Below are positions 13,786 through 26,239 of a stretch of 64,000 bases of DNA, in pieces. The DNA is taken from assembly GCF_022045235.1 (NCBI RefSeq), contig NW_027266264.1:30070001-30134000 (forward strand), written 5' to 3'. A program made the position numbers and the translations under genes. The DNA is from Haliotis cracherodii. Taxonomy: Eukaryota. The notes below the pieces were generated by a model that was not told where the DNA came from, did no database searches, and worked only from the letters and a program-made list of their open reading frames with translations. Position 1 is the first letter of the stretch; the number at the start of each line of letters is the position of its first letter.

Positions 13786-14742
13786 CTTAATGGACTGTCT
13801 TGTCTTCTATAGCATGTACTGTATAAGGATATGATTCAGCCTAACTAGGAACACTCCTTATCATGTCTTGGCCAATCAGCATTGTAGTACACAGTCTGTG
13901 TCATGTGTTCAGTGCGCTGATATGCATCAAAACCACTCAAGAATTGATAGTGTGACTACTAATGTATTAATCTCTCTAAATAAAACGCTACATTTGAAGT
14001 AAGACGAAACAGATATTAAGAAATGATAAACAAAATCTGAAGGGGAACTCGCAACAGTTGCAATAATTTCTTTAACCAAATACGTTTGCGTTTTTCGGAT
14101 CTTGTGACACTTTGAAAGCAACTGTGCACATGTCTCATGTGACCTGGACTCCCCTTCAGATCTGGCTCAGTGTAAGACCTATAGTTACAATCAAACTGAG
14201 GGAAAAAAGGAGTCTTCATCATGGTCCTGGAGGCAGATGTACCAATTGCATGGACAACAAAGAAAAGTTAGTTTCTGCCAAAACAGTTACCGTATTCGAC
14301 GTAATAAGCCCCAGGGCGCTCTCAACATTAGAAATAGGGGGCTCTTATTAGAATACTATTTTTGTGAAAAAAACAGAGTAGAAAGAAAAATTTCATGGTT
14401 TCTGCAGACAGCCTGAAATGATTATATACGACAGATATATTTTTTTGGAATTTAATTGCCCATAATTAAGGGTGCATATCACACACTAGTTTGTATTATA
14501 AGCGAATAAATAAGTCTTGTGTACATTGATCAATCAGAAGGGGTGCTAATTGGGATTGTTCACTAACCAATATATTAGCAAGTATCGCTGTGGGCACTTA
14601 TTGGAGCAGGGTGCTTATTACGTCGAATACAGTATTATCATATTTGTGTGTGATGTTTTGGGGTTGTCCAAGCAAAGAGAGATATAATCTGCTCCTTCCA
14701 TGATGGAACTCGGTGTCGGTCCTGGGCCTTGCGGCGGTATAC

Positions 14743-14751
14743 CTTGAGTAC
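14743..14751 (-). CDS. unc-13: unc-13 9-nt microexon encoding VLK
   Basis: Branch CACTAAC, long polypyrimidine tract, cccag|GTACTCAAG|gtatac. Phase 0 to 0, between the IPLVSDL and SMAAKR exons. Confidence 0.75.
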
Positions 14752-15229
14752 CTGGGTACATACAGGAAGAAAAGGAACAAGACTGGGTTAGTGGGCAGTC
14801 GGACATCAACAGTCAGTCAGAGAATCAACTATCAGTGACAGGTCGGCACCTGCCTTGTTTTAAAAGACTGGTCCAGAAAACCAGTGGTGAGAATTGATCC
14901 ATGTTGTCTAGGTACAATGCCACACCATTAGTTAGATAGAGGTATAGTTATACCGGGAGGTCGCCCAACCAAGTGCCACCCATTGTGGCCATTTAATACC
15001 CTTATTAGTAATCTTTTAAATGTAATCCATAGGTACTGGACACTTCGTCTCTGCTGGAAGATGCTCAGGGAAAACCAGACATCGCCTAGCAAGCAATAAG
15101 CCAGTACTGTTGCTATCAAGTTATTAAAATCTACCAACTTTATGGCATCAGTAGAAATAGGCCATTCCAGCAAACTTGAACTCTCATTGAAATAACTATA
15201 CTCATTTACTGAAGTGTCAATATGTTCTG

Positions 15230-15729
15230 CATCTTCCCGAGGCAAGGGAGTTACTGACTATAGAAGTCCAGTTTCCACCCTTGCCGAACTAGACTGGAAT
15301 TTCTGGGCTCGATCATAGCGCCACCAGTGGTTATTACGAGTTGTGTCCCTTCTATGACTCTCCTATTCGCAAATCAGATTCCACCTCTTGGATCACTTGC
15401 ATTTGTTTTATACAAGACAATTTGATTAATAATCAAGATCTATATTGTGACAAAACTGGTCTTACATCACAAAGTGCATCAAATCATGTGAGCACCTTGA
15501 TTAAAAACATGAAAACATTTGGAAAATATCTGCTGACGCTGAGTTGGCAGTGCACATCCTTTGCAAATCTTGCAATCGACCGAAATCTGCACAACAGTTT
15601 ACAAACCGGATCGTACTATGCACAGACCCGTTAGTCCAGCCAAAATATAACACCATAATACCAGCCTAGTTCGGCAAGGGTAGAAACTGGACTTTTAAAG
15701 TCAGTCATCTCACTTGTCTCGGGAAGATG
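15230..15729. mobile_element. 500-bp MITE with ~70-bp TIRs
   Basis: catcttcccgaggcaag...cttgccgaactagactgg (15230-15298) is inverted at 15661-15729. Flanks tatgttctg / tatgtttgt resemble a decayed 8-9 bp TSD. Confidence 0.82.
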
Positions 15730-16067
15730 TATGTTTGTTTTGGTGCAAAATGAGAATGACACCAGGTTACAAGCTAGATACAAGAGTCAGGGGATTTGTA
15801 GATGCATGATCAAAATACTGAAATTGTCTCAGAAAAAAAGAAATCAACAAGTATTAGGAGGCATACAAGTTCAATATATACTCGTTTAACAAGTAATTAT
15901 TCATACAATCATGCCAGTTAATAATTTAGGTTAAATGGTTATGAATACCACTTGAAATTAAATTGTGTATACTGAGATTACACTTCCAGAGCAAAATCCA
16001 TGACCATAGTGTGACGATTCACCAGATGAATTAAAATGTAAATATTGCAGTTGACAGGAAGACTCAC

Positions 16068-16158
16068 CAAGTCACTGACTAGAGGAATGGACTTGCGGCG
16101 AGGCTTAATCTCCGGCATGCTGTCTATGCTGGTGTAGAATGGGTTGTGTTCTGGGGGG
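16068..16158 (-). CDS. unc-13: unc-13 exon PPEHNPFYTSIDSMPEIKPRRKSIPLVSDL
   Basis: tttcag acceptor, TTG|gtgagt donor, 91 nt, phase 2 to 0. Contains the conserved IDSMP..RRKSIPLVS.L motif. Confidence 0.95.
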
Positions 16159-16689
16159 CTGAAACACACACACACAATGAAAGTCACTCCGCGGTCACAT
16201 TCCCTAAAAAATGAGGGTGACCAGTGGCCGAAATTAAGGTTGTTTCTGTGTTCCTTGAGGTATGGTCCTACACATTAATCTAGTGTGCCAAAATTTAAGC
16301 ATTATTAGGGTCAGGACAAAGACTTGACTTTTATCCTCAATTCCAAACACTGGGTGCGTACCAAGTAAATTATTGCAAACATATTGTGAAAGTTTGACAA
16401 ATACATCTACATTCGTCAGTGGATTTCCTTGCTTAACCGTTATTCAGATCATTGTCTGCCAAGTCCTCGATTCATAGATTCATAAACAGACTTGGGAGAC
16501 TATTGCTGTCTGATAACAATTAATGACTCCCATGTGGCTCTTCAAGCAAGGCCTAATTTTAGAAAAGAAAATGAATAATATTTTTTTAATTTGATTCTGA
16601 CGACTGACACTGAAGAATAGCTTGACTATGTCACAGTACAGGACAGACGACATTTCAGGACATCTGGTTGAAGGTTAGAACTAGCTTAC

Positions 16690-16775
16690 CCTCCATTTGC
16701 ATGGTGTGACCAGGAGTATTTGTTGCGATAGTCATCATCACCGTACTCGCCATCGCCCCCCATCAGTGATCCACT
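16690..16775 (-). CDS. unc-13: unc-13 exon SGSLMGGDGEYGDDDYRNKYSWSHHANG, probable first common exon of all isoforms
   Basis: tttcag acceptor, GG|gtaagc donor, 86 nt, phase 0 to 2. Bridges exactly the phase-0 upstream donors and the phase-2 exon at 16158. Confidence 0.85.
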
Positions 16776-18134
16776 CTGAAACAGAAGTTTCGTGTTAAAA
16801 CAGAACCAGAGATCTCAAGTCCAGAAGCTCTCTCTCATCAAATTGATTTGAAGATGTTGAATGTTTTAGATACAAATGACGGCCATGATAATGCCCTCGT
16901 GCAATCCAGACATTGAATATTCTGATATTGAAGGCCGTTGAATGTATTCATCAACATGTACCGGTACTACTATGGTGCAAGATGTCTTCCACAAATTGCC
17001 TTTTTTGATTACTTCTGCTATTTGTGGATGACATGATGGCAGGAAAGTCAGGTGATGGACAGAGTGTCACCAAATAAGCTCACTTGAACCATCGGTCTTA
17101 GTGAGCTAAATACCACCATGATGAATCTCTGGAATAGAGTCTAGGCTTTGTTAGGATTAGTCAAAGGCACTACATAGTCTTCAACAATGGAACATATGAA
17201 GTCGTAGGTGCTACAAAGTTATAAACATTGTCAGGAAAAGAGTTGTAGGTGCTACAAAGTTATCAACATTGTAAGGAATAGAGTCATGTTGCCACAAAGT
17301 TATTAACATTGTAAGGAAAAGTGTCTTGGTGCTACAAAGTTGTCAACATTGTAAGGAATAGAGTTGTATGCTCCGTAAAGTTGCATTTTTAGGGATAGAG
17401 TCGTGTTATCAGCTTAAATACAAATTGAACATATTTGAAATGATAGTAAACAAAGACTATTCATAAATATATTTCAATCAATCATTCATGAATTAGTCAA
17501 GCTGTTATCAACATAGATAACTGACAGAGCGTTCATCCTTGAAGTAGGCCATTCAACAGATTCCTGGTTTACCACACCCGACTTCATGGAGAAATTATTA
17601 ATGATACTTCTTCTGGATTCAATGGTTCCCCTGCATCCTAGACCCAGTAGTGTCGTAAAACACATGAAGCAGTCTCTCCTCTACAGTCACCGCTACAGTC
17701 AATGCTACAGTCAATGCTACAGTGAAGATGAAGGTCACTTTGAGGAGAAAGATTACTGTATATTTTCACCATGTGATACAGACATAGGCAATTATCAGTT
17801 ATTAACAGCACACAAAATTGCACAATAAAACATTTGTAAATGACAATTTGTGCACATGACAACATAATAAGATGGATTTACATGTTAATTAGCACCACCA
17901 TTTTGTGTCCACAGCTACAACTGGATATAACGGTGTTTTCATCACACAAGTACTTAGCTCATCTATAAAAGATCTCAGAACCATGAATCTTTTCGCTGGA
18001 AATGAGATATTCTACATGGACATGGTTGGTCTATATGTTTCACAATGGGAGATGAAATGAGTTTAATGTAACATTCCAGATTATTGCACTGATATACGAA
18101 AATGCACGCAGCTTGGGTTATATACTACCCAGTT

Positions 18135-18266
18135 TGGGGTCGCCTGGTGGTAAAAGCGTTCACTTGTCACGCCGTAGACCCAATGTGTGAAGCCCATTTC
18201 GGGTGTCCCCCACTGTGATATTGCTGTAATATTGCTGAAAGCAGCGTAAAACCATACTCACTCACT
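18135..18266 (+). mobile_element. SINE family B, internally deleted
   Basis: caatgtgtgaagcccattt...gatattgctgtaatattgctgaaagcagcgtaaaaccatactcactcact. Confidence 0.75.
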
Positions 18267-18329
18267 TGCATGATGCCCAGGGAGTTGAGAATGATAAAGG
18301 AGTGCCCAGTGCTCCATTGACCAGGGTAA

Positions 18330-18735
18330 TAATGTTAGCGCTTTGAGTATGCACTTTGTGAATGGAGTCGAGCGCAATAAACAACACACATTATTATTGT
18401 GTGGGTGTGGCTGCCTGTACTAGTCTTGACTAATGATGGCTCTAAGGAGGCAGCCCGCTGACATACCGTGCCACAAGTTAACATGGAAACCCTACTCACA
18501 CATTGTGAAACCAGGTTTATCCCCTTAATGACAAACACAAGATAGGGGAACAACACTCAGACACAGTATACTGACTCCGAGCCAACCAGTCCTTGTTTTA
18601 GCCCCTTAATGCCGAGCGCCAGACAGGGTAACAACGCATACTATCTTAGAACATTTTTTGGTATGACACATTCGGGGTTCAAACCACAGACCTTCCACGC
18701 TCTGGTCAGGTGCTCTATCCACAAGTCCACTGTGG
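18330..18735 (-). mobile_element. SINE family D, longer copy
   Basis: acacagtatactgactccgagccaaccagtccttgttttagccccttaatgccgagcgccagacagggtaacaac is near-identical to 3115-3190. Confidence 0.7.
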
Positions 18736-19719
18736 TAATCATAGGCAGAGATGGTATGCATTTGACTATGCAAACAACCTACAAAAACCAACAGGTTGCT
18801 ACACTCTAGTCGAGAGAGACCCTTGTCTTATGTACCCTGTGTGTAAGCCTACCGTGAGGGTACATGACACCATATGACTGGGGGATTGGTCAACAACAAA
18901 TTTATCTTATTGACATCATTCATACAGATCTGAAATACATTTCCGCAGTTTCACTCAGTTAGCAAAATTAACACTATTCTTGAGTGAAAAACAACACAAA
19001 GCAGACACAACACAAACGAACCAAGTTTCTTTACTCAATGCATTTGGATAAACATCGGTTAATTTTAGAAACTCAATGATACTTATGCAAGATAAGCAAG
19101 ATACCTAAGATGTGCTCCGATTGATTTCTCAGCAGGCTACATGACATTTGTACCCGGCTGTGAGCAGCTACATGGAAAATAATTGCCCAATACTTAACAA
19201 ATCAGAAGCTAGTATTTTATAGTAAGGTGAGATGAATTTCAATGTAAAGACATCAAGCTACTGACATGATGCAGATGTCTTTGCTTCTCCCACTGCCAGA
19301 ATATAACAGTGCTTTGTAGGATACCTCTAGGGCTCAGGTACAATGGGTAATAAAACAGAGGAAATTAAACATGAGCTGTTGAAAGGGCTGGTTTAATAAT
19401 TCACCTGTTAGAGTATACAATGTCTCAATTCTCAATGCTACAGTCAACAGATTCAACAGGGTTAGTTCTTACAACCAAACCAATTCAACAAGAGCCATCC
19501 TCAGCTAGAGTGTATGATTTAAAAGTCCCTTGTAAACTTTTCTAGAACATTCAAACCTCTTCTTAATCAAATAGGCATCAGTTGTTTTGCAACCAATCGA
19601 TTTATCAAATACAAATATCACTATAAATATGTTCTACACATTATGACACTTCACTACCTGACCACATAGAAAATTCATCTCTTTTGACATCACGCAGACA
19701 TTACTGACGTATGTCTTAC

Positions 19720-20187
19720 CTCAACACTATATGCTGCTTCTCGAGACCAAATCCGATGACCTTTTGCATGCTGACACACAGCAACTGTCTTGGTCCTCAT
19801 GAGACGCAACTGAACCGAAGTGTCTGAAGAGTAGCTGGTGGAGTCCTCTGTGTGGGGGACACCTATGTCCTGGCTGCTGGAGCAGCTTCTGCTCGCTGTC
19901 CCATCATCCGTGGAGGACGGAGTCGCCACCTCCTCCTCAATGGCATCACGGTCATCAAGTTTCCTCTTCTGCCACGATGGCCGTGCATGTCGACTAAATG
20001 TTCGTCTCCATGTCTTGGCTTCAAATCTGGCTGAATTTTGCCTGTAAAGATCAAGGCTGGCTGGTCTGCAGGTAAGGTCTTCTTCTTCGACAACATATAC
20101 CCAATCCCCCTCAGTCTTGCTCATCATGGTCGACATACTGCTCTCAGCAGGGTGTATCCTATCCATCATGGCGCCCATGCTGACCAT
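19720..20187 (-). CDS. unc-13: candidate alternative N-terminal coding exon of unc-13 (156 codons, MVSMGAMMDR...AAYSVE)
   Basis: Non-repetitive ORF with an in-frame upstream stop at 20251-20253. Ends at GAG|gtaaga in phase 0, compatible with the acceptor at 16775. Confidence 0.65.
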
Positions 20188-20999
20188 GAATAACTGGCGG
20201 TGAATATCAGCAGCTGTTAGAGATAGCCAAGAGCCATGTTTTATTCGAAGTCACTTGTACAATATGGACTTAGTCTTCGACCTAATGGAGGAAACCCTTG
20301 ATTACATTTTTCTACGTCTTGATCCCTTCAAATAGACACTGGAAAATCTGCTTGCCCTTTAGCCTTGAGGATGTTCCAGATGTTCTGTCTAGGTAACTAT
20401 GATCATGTTCTAAACACACATCATCCTCAGGGTACTTCTTTCAGGTGAATATATCCCAAATGACGGTATCCAGGATTATTCCAAAATTCAGCTATGACAA
20501 GAACAGCAGGAAATCTTTATCAAAACCAAAAGTCTTCCGTTTAAAACAATGGCTGCCTACAATTAGCTCTGCTGTTAACCATCTGAATTACTGACAGTTT
20601 GTGTGATGCAGGGAATATGCTATCATGCATTAATTACTGTCACTTGTATAGCAAGAAAATAACTGTTTGTGACAGATAATCATGCTGTAATTATGAACAG
20701 TGTAATTATGACACAAACATTATTCTGTCTTGTCTGCTCACATTGCTGTGTGTGCCAGGATGAAAGGTCCACTGGTGTGACGATGTATCATGAAGATGAA
20801 CATCAAAACTGTGTGAACATTAGACTACAGGCTGTGTTCAGTAGGACCTTTACGACAGGCTGTGTTCAGTAGGACCTTGATGGTAGGTGTTCAGTAGGAC
20901 CTTGATGGTAAAACTACTTTTAATTGCAAACACAGGCTGTTCAGTATAACCCTGTTGATGGGGGTTGGGGGTGGTGCAATTTGCGTCAACAGCATACAC

Positions 21000-21460
21000 A
21001 GGCTGTTCAGTAGAGCCTTGTTGATTGTGGGCAATTGGTGTCTACAGCAAACACTGGCTGTTCAGTAGAGCCTTGTTGATTGTGGGCAATTGGTGTCTAC
21101 AGCAAACACTGGCTGTTCAGTAGAGCCTTGTTGATTGTGGGCAATTGGTGTCTACAGCAAACACTGGCTGTTCAGTAGAGCCTTGTTGATTGTGGGCAAT
21201 TGGTGTCTACAGCAAACACTGGCTGTTCAGTAGAGCCTTGTTGATTGTGGGCAATTGGTGTCTACAGCAAACACAGGCTGTTCAGTAGAGCCTTGTTGAT
21301 TGTGGGCAATTGGTGTCTACAGCAAACACAGGCTGTTCAGTAGAGCCTTGTTGATTGTGGGCAATTGGTGTCTACAGCAAACACTGGCTGTTCAGTAGAG
21401 CCTTGTTGATTGTGGGCAATTGGTGTCTACAGCAAACACTGGCTATTCAGTAGAGCCCTG
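21000..21460. repeat. 55-bp minisatellite, ~8 near-identical copies
   Basis: Unit ctgttcagtagagccttgttgattgtgggcaattggtgtctacagcaaacactgg. Confidence 0.95.
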
Positions 21461-22989
21461 TTGGTTGTGTCAGCTCATATCCTTTGTTGATGAAAGCAGT
21501 CCAAGCGATTAACGGAGCACACATACATGGTACCAGAACAGAAGATGTGTCAGTCATTAGGATTTTTCACTGCTGTTGGACAATATTTTCACAAATGATG
21601 GTACACAGATTGCACCTCTACCAGAATTGGCAGAAGCCTTAAAATCAACGCGAGTATTATTCTGCAATGTTAACATCTACATGTGTGCCTTTGTGATCCC
21701 CTATGCTGCAGGTATGACACTGCCTATCGTTCATGGAGACATCTAAATGTCACCAGTCGGTGTATCATCTTTTTCTGTATTACTGTAGTTGATGTTGAGA
21801 GAGATGAATGAAGCTTCCACAGGTCACAGTAACAGACACATCACATATTTCCATGGAGAACTGAATCAGTAGTGGCAAAGCTTATCGTCCTCAACTTTTG
21901 AGAATAGTTCATTAATATTTTCATTGAAGTGCTGTTTCCAGATGAGGTATCTCACAATACAACACACTGACCGGTCACCTGGTGGAGTCAACCGATGCCA
22001 CGTTTTGAAGAAAATACAAGAACCTTTGTCTTAATCCATGACTGACAATGAACAGAAGTTTAGTGTTTGTGATTTGCGTCACATATCATTGGCTGCCTCA
22101 GATCGCATTGCAATCATGAATGCCAGTCATGGCAGTCTGTCAGAAGGGTCACATCACTGTCCTCAGCATCTAATCTATTCTAATGACGTTTGCCTGTCCA
22201 TCAACCAATGACACGGACCCCATTAAGCTTGCAACAGTACTGCTGTTATTCCACCAGGCTGACATACGACGCCTGCTTACATTTCGACTCCAGTTTATTG
22301 AAAGATGCCTACGCAAATACTATTTTAAACCCAGGCAATACGATATCTTTTTACAATATCTCCACCAATGGCAGACATTTCTTCCTCTACAACACATTCA
22401 TATTCTTAAATTATTTGATCTAAACTCTGCTATCAAGTTACAGCTTCTAGGATAACTATGGCTGACACTGTGATTACATGCTTGTTGTATTTCATAATTT
22501 GCCTGACAGGAGAATAAGTTAAAGTGGAATAAAATTAAACTTTAAACTGAAAATGCTTTTCATGCTTTGGATGACAAACGTTTGGAAACAAAAACATCCA
22601 AAATACAGTATCTGCGCCCCGTTCCAAAAAGTGCCCCCTGACCCAACTTCTGGACCAAAAAGTATATAATCCTTATAAGCAATCCCTACTTAGACCGAAA
22701 ATTAACATGACTGTGTGTATTTTTGTGTGTATATAATGATTGGTGTTTTTTCAAAAACAGCAGTTTAGAAGGCAGTTTAGATGTAATTACCAAGCAACTA
22801 TTATCCAAAACATTTTAGTTTCGTCGATGTTGGAACTAATTTTAATTAATACCACTCTGACAAACTACTTGATGTTAATGGTTTTATAAGTGCCCCCATT
22901 TCACAATTATCGGAGCACCCTGGGGAGTTTATTACAGTGAGTAAGGCAGATTTATATAGGAAGGGAAGTACCTCCTTCACTTGTGTGTG

Positions 22990-25225
22990 TCAGTACAATG
23001 TGTCTGGAAGGGTTTGTGTGTGTCTAGATGGGGTTGGGTGTGTATTTGGTTTTGTCTGTGTAACATGTCTTGATGGGTTGTATCTGTGTAATGTGTCTGG
23101 AAGGGGTTGTATCTGTATGTATGGGGTTGTGTGTGTCTGTGTTATGTCTCTGGAAGGGGTTGTGTGTGTCTGTAGTTTGACTGGAAGGGGTTGTGTGTGT
23201 CTGGATGGGGTTGTGTGTGTCTGTGTAGTGTGTCTGGATGGGGTTGTGTGTGTCTGGATGAGGTTGTGTGTGTCTGTTTAATGTGTCTGGAAGGGGTTGT
23301 GTGTGTCTGGATGAGGTTGTGTGTATCTGTGTAATGTGTCTGGATGAGGTTGTGTGTGTCTGGATGAGGTTGTGTGTATCTGTGTAGTGTGTCTGGAAGG
23401 GGTTGTGTGTGTCTGGATGGGGTTGTGTGTGTCTGTGTAGTGTGTCTGGAAGGGGTTGTGTGTGTCTGGATGGGGTTGTGTGTATCTGTGTAATGTGTCT
23501 GGATGGGGTTGTGTGTATCTGTCTAATGTGTCTGGAAGGGGTTGTGTGTGTCTGGATGAGGTTGTGTGTATCTGTGTAATATGTCTGGAAGGGGTTGTGT
23601 GCGTCTGGATGGGGTTGTGTGTATCTGTGTAATGTGTCTGGAAGGGGTTGTGTGTATCTGTGTAATGTGTCTTGATGGGGTTGTGTGTGTCTAGATGAGG
23701 TTGTGTGTATCTGTGTAATGTGTCTGGAAGGGGTTGTGTGTGTCTGGAAGGGGTTGTGTGTATCTGTGTAATGTCTCTGGAAGGGGTTGTGTTTCTGAAT
23801 GAGGTTGTGTGTATCTGTGTAATGTGTCTGCAGAGGTTGTGTGTGTCTGGATGAGGTTGTGTGTATCTGTGCAATGTGTCTGGAAGGGGTTTTGTCTATC
23901 TGTGTAATGTGTCTGGAAGGGGCTGTGCGTGTCTGGAAGGGGTTGTGTGTATCTGGATGGGGTTGTGTGTATCTATGTAATGTGTCTGGAAGGGGTTGTG
24001 TGTGTCTGGATGGGGTTGTGTGTATCTGTGTAATGTGTCTGGAAGGGGTTGTGCGTGTCTGGATGGGGTTGTGTGTATCTGGATGGGGTTGTGTGTATCT
24101 ATGTTATGTGTCTGGAAGGGGTTGTGTGTGTCTGGATGGGGTTGCGTGTGTCTGTGTTGTGTGTCTGGAAGGGGTTGTGTGTGTCTGGGTGGGGTTGTGT
24201 GTATCTATGTAATGTGTCTTGAAGGGGTTGTGTGTATTCGGATGGGGTTGTGTGTATCTATGTAATGTGTCTGGAAGGGGTTGTGTGTGTCTGGATGGGG
24301 TTGTGTGTATCTGTGTAATGTGTCTGGAAGGGGTTGTGTGTGTCTGGATGGGGTTGTGTGTATCTGTGTAGTGTATCTGGATGCGGTTGTGTGTATCTGT
24401 GTAATGTGTCTGGATGGTGAGTGAGTGAGTGAGTGAGTGAGTTGGGTTTAACGCCGCTTTTAACAGTATTCCAGTTATATCGCGGCGTGTCAGCTTAATG
24501 TGGGAGGAAAGCCCGAAGTGATGCAGGTCTTAGACGTTTACCACTTCGGTGAAACCCACAAGCACGGGTATGGTGCTGACAAACCTAGAAACATAATTGG
24601 GGCGAACCGTGATTCGAACCCACAATCATAGGTTTCTGGCATGCCCAAGGGACGCAACTCTGCACAGCGAATTGCGGAGCCTTAGACGACTGGGCCACCC
24701 GTGCCCCCGTGTCTGGATGGGGTTGTGTGTATCTATGTAATGTGTCTGGAAGGGGTTGTGTGTGTTTGGATGGGGTTGTGTGTATCTATGTAATGTGTCT
24801 GGAAGGGGTTGTGTGTGTCTGGATGGGGTTGTGTGTATCTGTGTAATGTGTCTGGAAGGGGTTGTGTGTGTCTGGATGGGGTTGTGTGTATCTGTGTAGT
24901 GTGTCTGGATGAGGTTGTGTGTATCTGTGTAATGTGTCTGGATGGGGTTGTGTGTATCTGTGTAATGTGTCTGGAAGGGGTTGTGTGTGTCTGGATGGGG
25001 TTGCGTGTATCTGTGTAATGTGTCTGGAAGGGGTTGTGTGTGTCTGGATGGGGTTGTGTGTATCTGTGTAGTGTGTCTGGATGAGGTTGTGTGTATCTGT
25101 GTAATGTGTCTGGATGGGGTTGTGTGTATCTGGATGGGATTGTGTGTATCTATGTAATGTGTCTGGAAGGGGTTGTGTGTGTCTGGATGGGGTTGTGTGT
25201 ATCTGTGTAATGTGTCTGGATGGGG
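22990..25225. repeat. GT-rich compound minisatellite interrupted by a SINE
   Basis: Modules tgtgtctgga(a/t)ggggttgtgtg and tatctgtgtaa. Confidence 0.93.
24418..24708 (-). mobile_element. SINE family A, full length, inserted in a minisatellite
   Basis: Reverse complement of 3377-3659, (gagt)n tail, 12-bp duplication gtgtctggatgg at 24406-24417 and 24709-24720. Confidence 0.9.
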
Positions 25226-26239
25226 GGTGAGGCAACAGCAGGGTCTGTTTGTGTCTCCTGCAGCCATCTAAACTATGCTCGTTCTTTACTTACATTGTAA
25301 CATCCCTTCTACAGGTGACACTACTCTGTTTGACACACTATGATTCTGGCTGGACTGTACAGAGAGCTATGACTAAAGTACTATAGCTTACTTGTTAGTC
25401 AGCTGTGAGCAACAACCGTCAACCCACGTTGCTAGAACATGAAACCTGTGACATTTAGCACACACAGAAATATCAACAGCGTCTTGAACCAACCAACCCA
25501 GTTGTACTAAAAAGGATGTCTGATCGTATGTTAACATGACAGTGATGTGTTAAGCCTATATTTTATGACACAGATGACTTTAATCAACATAAACCATTGC
25601 TCTGATTATGAATCACTAGAATCTGCCTTGCAGAAGTGAAATAATTGCAAAAGTTTACAAGACTGCTCATCAGTCAATGACAATTAATACTTCTTCTTGT
25701 CTCTCACTAGAAAAAGGAAAGGCAAATACCTTGTCACCTGATGTTCAACAACAGACTAAACAGATTTCCTTTGTCCCCAACGCCCAGACACATGAAAATA
25801 AAATGACAAAACCCTTTTCCTATTCATAAGGAATAGGATTGTACAATTCCGACTATACCATGAGCATGTGTTTATGATTCACTATCAAAAAGCGATGAAA
25901 CAAGGTGTTCGCAAAAATTGAGCATATCCTGCCCCACCAGTGGTACCCATCACAAACACATACAAAGGCAAGTCAATTGTTCAACTGAAAAAACTTGGGA
26001 ACATGTGGTACAAGTCAAAACTGGGAATTGAATCAGACATCATACTTATCACTGAAGTGTCAAACGTGGAAATGTCCTCAGGATGTCATTGCTGTGCTGA
26101 AGAAACATGGCCTAGAGCCTGAGTTGAGTCAGGTGACTATTCCCACACAGCTGGGAAAACATGAGCACAGTCAACAGGTATTGGTTGACCAAACTGCAAC
26201 ACAATGTCTGCAAGGGTATATCTAACAATTGGCTTATGG

